From positions 777,527 to 797,526 of the forward strand of contig CP147779.1 in assembly GCA_037308085.1 (NCBI GenBank): 20,000 bases of DNA, written 5' to 3'. The notes beneath the pieces are model-generated. The model saw nothing but the letters and a program-made list of their open reading frames with translations. It searched no databases and was not told the origin of the DNA. How positions within the stretch are numbered: position 1 is the first letter of the stretch; each line of letters opens with the position of its first letter. This document shows positions 17,805-20,000 of the stretch, piece after piece. Origin of the DNA: Promethearchaeati archaeon SRVP18_Atabeyarchaeia-1. GTDB taxonomy: Archaea; Asgardarchaeota; Atabeyarchaeia; Atabeyarchaeales; Atabeyarchaeaceae. Position numbers and translations under genes: made by a program.

Positions 17805-17901
17805 GGGCGGGTAGTCTAGATTGGTATGATACAGACGGTGAAGTCCGTCGTCAATGTGGCTCGGGACCACGTGGTCGTGGGTTCAAATCCCACCTCGCCC
17901 A
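17805..17901 (+). tRNA. tRNA-Pro(CGG) with a 23-nt noncanonical intron
   Basis: Exons 17805-17832 and 17856-17901 join to 74 nt. Acceptor GGGCGGG/CUCGCCC plus A. Anticodon stem CGUGG/CCACG with loop CUCGGGA. T-arm GUGGG UUCAAAU CCCAC. Confidence 0.93.
17833..17855 (+). other. tRNA-Pro intron at position 27/28, BHB
   Basis: Central helix UGAU(17827-17830)/GUCA(17850-17853). Bulges AC|A and AU|G. Inner helix GACGG/CCGUC. Confidence 0.88.
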
Positions 17902-17947
17902 TCCCTTTCTTGTGAAATGTTCTTGTCGGATTGTTAAAAAATCGAGT

Positions 17948-17980
17948 GGCCGTACGTTCACCTTTTTTAGAACGTGCGCC
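17948..17980. terminator. Hairpin with T-rich loop, terminator-like
   Basis: GGCCGTACGTTC-ACCTTTTTTA-GAACGTGCGCC, an imperfect stem downstream of tRNA-Pro. Confidence 0.3.
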
Positions 17981-18129
17981 AGCTTGAGCTAATGGCTGAT
18001 CAAGGTTCTCCATGCCCAGCAGTTCACGTGAGTGCGAGCTTCTATTGCAGAGACACTCTTCGCCTTGTTGTCTGGTTTCTCTATATGGTTAAGACGAGGA
18101 CTAGGTAGCCTATAGAGGGGGTATCGAAT

Positions 18130-19038
18130 TTGGCAATGCTAGACTTCGATTCTTATTCTGTCAAAGCTACTGGGAAGAGACTGCAGCTAATTGAGCAAGT
18201 AAGAATGATTCCAGATATACCCAAGCGAGCATGTTTGGAGGTCACGCTACTCACCATGAACTATCGGTTGTATTTCCTGTCTTTGTTTCTTGGAACAAGA
18301 GTTCAGTTATTTCAACCTGTCACTGAAGGTGAACGTCTAGTCATGGGGTTCCTAGTAGACAAGGACGTTGAAGCTTCAGAATTAACAGAGTTTGACAAAA
18401 CATTTGACAAAATGCTTCATATGCCCAGAGATTCGCTAGAGGGGTATCTCAATAGTTGTTCTGCCTTTCATTCTGCACTTACGCTATCAGAGTCCAACTA
18501 CACGGTGGCGTTCGTTCTGCTGGTTATTGCAGTCGAGAGCCTATCCAATAGGGAATACCCTAAGAGTCATGGCCATCTCAAACGCGGATTCAAAAAGTTC
18601 GTCAGACATTATCTTCTGGCAGACAGAGCATTTCTTCCTTTTGACTTGAAGAGGGCGCTCAACGGCGAACAAGAGGATACGCTTCTTCGGAGATTATTAG
18701 AATCGGTCTATAGTGAAATAAGATCAGGTTTTGTTCATCATGGAAGAGGTGACCCTATCGGCTCAATACTAGCTGATAGGGCTGGACTTGCCTACATAAG
18801 AATTGGTGAAGATCCACAATTATCTGAAAAAGAACAGCATAAATTTCTGAACCCTGGTCTAGGCTGGTTCAAGAGAATAGTGAGAGAAGTTCTACTCGAA
18901 TTTCTCAGCAGGAAAGCAGGTAAGGAACACACTGACCTCCAACTATTGCTACTAGATAGGCTGACGACAAAATTGAAGGCTGGAAAGTCTATTGAGAAAG
19001 GTCAATCGTTAACACCCGCAGACTTAGAGCTGCAATGA
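18130..19038 (+). CDS. HEPN-like (ApeA/abortive-infection-like) domain protein
   Basis: Helical protein with TVAFVLLVIAVESLSN and SVYSEIRSGFVHHG. RSGFVH fits the HEPN RxxxxH RNase motif. Family assigned by motif only. Confidence 0.5.
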   Translation: MAMLDFDSYSVKATGKRLQLIEQVRMIPDIPKRACLEVTLLTMNYRLYFLSLFLGTRVQLFQPVTEGERLVMGFLVDKDVEASELTEFDKTFDKMLHMPRDSLEGYLNSCSAFHSALTLSESNYTVAFVLLVIAVESLSNREYPKSHGHLKRGFKKFVRHYLLADRAFLPFDLKRALNGEQEDTLLRRLLESVYSEIRSGFVHHGRGDPIGSILADRAGLAYIRIGEDPQLSEKEQHKFLNPGLGWFKRIVREVLLEFLSRKAGKEHTDLQLLLLDRLTTKLKAGKSIEKGQSLTPADLELQ

Positions 19039-19094
19039 CCCTTGCATTAGACATTGTTCGTCTGAAGTTTTGGTGAGCGGGAAAGAAAAATCTG

Positions 19095-19150
19095 CCGCGT
19101 ATCATACCAGTCTAGGTGAGCGTTAAGCTTCCTATCTAGACTACCCGCCC
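19095..19150 (-). tRNA. tRNA-Pro-like 5' half only (candidate split tRNA half or tRNA relic)
   Basis: Minus strand GGGCGGGTAGTCTAGA + 24-nt insert + CTGGTATGATAC then GCGG... This matches tRNA-Pro (17805-17832) apart from the insert and one base. No 3' half (T-arm or acceptor 3' strand) follows. Confidence 0.5.
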
Positions 19151-19343
19151 TATACTCATGGGTCTAATTGAGGCTGGCTTGGCTAATAGGTATTTTCTTT
19201 GCCTTTCTCGAATTGCTCCTCAAGGTGTTACTGTCTTAATCGGAAATATTATAAAAAAGAGAAAAGATCAACTATTACTCCTAGAAGAAGGCCTAATTGT
19301 CAATAACCTGTGTCGGTTATTCCGCTTCTGTGGAGAGGAAGGA

Positions 19344-20000
19344 GTGACTTCGGAGATGAGTTCTTCACTTGGCAAGGGGAGATTGGCTCGGAGGATCGCG
19401 GGTGAGATATCGCTTTCGGACGATCCCGGCAAGACGATGCGTAAATGGAGAGAGATGTTTCACGTGAACCAGGCCGAGTTGTCTAATCATCTGAAGATCT
19501 CTCCTTCCGTTATAAGCGACTATGAAAGTGGGCGCAGAAAATCCCCCGGGACAAGGGCTATAAAGAGGTTCGTTGAATCGTTGCTTTACATAGACGAGGG
19601 AAGCGGGGGTGGCGTTAGGAATGCGTTTGAACGTTTTCTTAGCGTTGAGGTTCCGACTGACATAATTCTGGATATAAAGGAGTTCAATTCACCCGTTAAG
19701 GGAAAGAGGATCCGTGAGGTTCTTCAGGCGAATGTTGTAGCCCACGAAGAGCTCCTTGACAGAGATCTTCTTGGGTACGCCATAATCGACAGTCTCGGGG
19801 CCTTAAACGAGCTTTCCGGAGAAGCCTTCGCCAAGTTGTTTTCTTCGATGGATCAGAGGGCCCTGGCGTTCACTCAGATCAGTACCGGCAGGTCTCCTCT
19901 GGTCGCCGTAAAAGTGAGCGAGAATAAGCCCAGCTTGGTTATTCTGCATGGCCGTGGGGACGTCGAGTACCTCGCTGTGGAGCTGGCTGAGCGAGAGGGA
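19344..20000 (+). CDS. Archaeal XRE-family HTH transcriptional regulator (runs off window)
   Basis: RKWREMFHVNQAELSNHLKISPSVISDYESGRRKSPGTRAIKRFVESL is a classic HTH_XRE motif. Start is GTG 19344 or ATG 19356. Open to base 20000. Confidence 0.85.
   Translation, partial: MTSEMSSSLGKGRLARRIAGEISLSDDPGKTMRKWREMFHVNQAELSNHLKISPSVISDYESGRRKSPGTRAIKRFVESLLYIDEGSGGGVRNAFERFLSVEVPTDIILDIKEFNSPVKGKRIREVLQANVVAHEELLDRDLLGYAIIDSLGALNELSGEAFAKLFSSMDQRALAFTQISTGRSPLVAVKVSENKPSLVILHGRGDVEYLAVELAEREG

Noticed and set aside
17805-19150. Inverted GGGCGGGTAGTCTAGA copies as integrase att sites
   Set aside because: att duplications from tRNA integration are direct repeats and usually involve the tRNA 3' end. 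These are inverted 5'-end copies, and no integrase gene is present.
1-20000. CRISPR array or Cas operon
   Set aside because: No regularly spaced direct repeats were seen, and no cas genes. IscB is the only Cas9-related gene.

Overview
The window is archaeal chromosome. Evidence: archaeal-type information-processing genes, TATA-like boxes, and tRNA introns flanked by bulge-helix-bulge (BHB)-like motifs. The left half holds the 3' part of pyrG, nurA, herA, a small HTH gene, an interrupted rio2, a LAGLIDADG homing endonuclease next to a GC-rich structured segment, pncA, pheT, pheS, an archaeal PPAT gene, map, a Zn-ribbon membrane protein and a DUF1512-like protein. The most unusual part is an RNA-rich stretch from about 14.7 to 19.2 kb. 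(1) The best candidate novelty is a circularly permuted 5S rRNA gene on the minus strand. Its 3' half precedes its 5' half, helix I is closed by a UGCG tetraloop, and perfectly complementary 9-nt arms plus BHB-like elements flank it, which suggests processing by circularisation. (2) A tRNA-Trp(CCA) appears to be split by three introns. (3) An IscB gene with PLMP, RuvC and HNH motifs is interrupted by one frameshift and one in-frame stop but keeps its catalytic motifs and an upstream omegaRNA-like region. (4) A tRNA-Pro(CGG) has a noncanonical 23-nt BHB intron at position 27/28. (5) An inverted, 5'-half-only tRNA-Pro-like sequence has homology that stops exactly at that splice junction, making it a candidate split-tRNA half or a relic. 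(6) A protein with a HEPN-like RxxxxH motif is encoded between the tRNA-Pro and the tRNA half. rio2 also carries an exact 49-nt insertion inside the conserved GVGKE/SDVY motif, a candidate protein-gene intron. No CRISPR array was seen. All structures were worked out by hand and need computational folding and RNA-seq.
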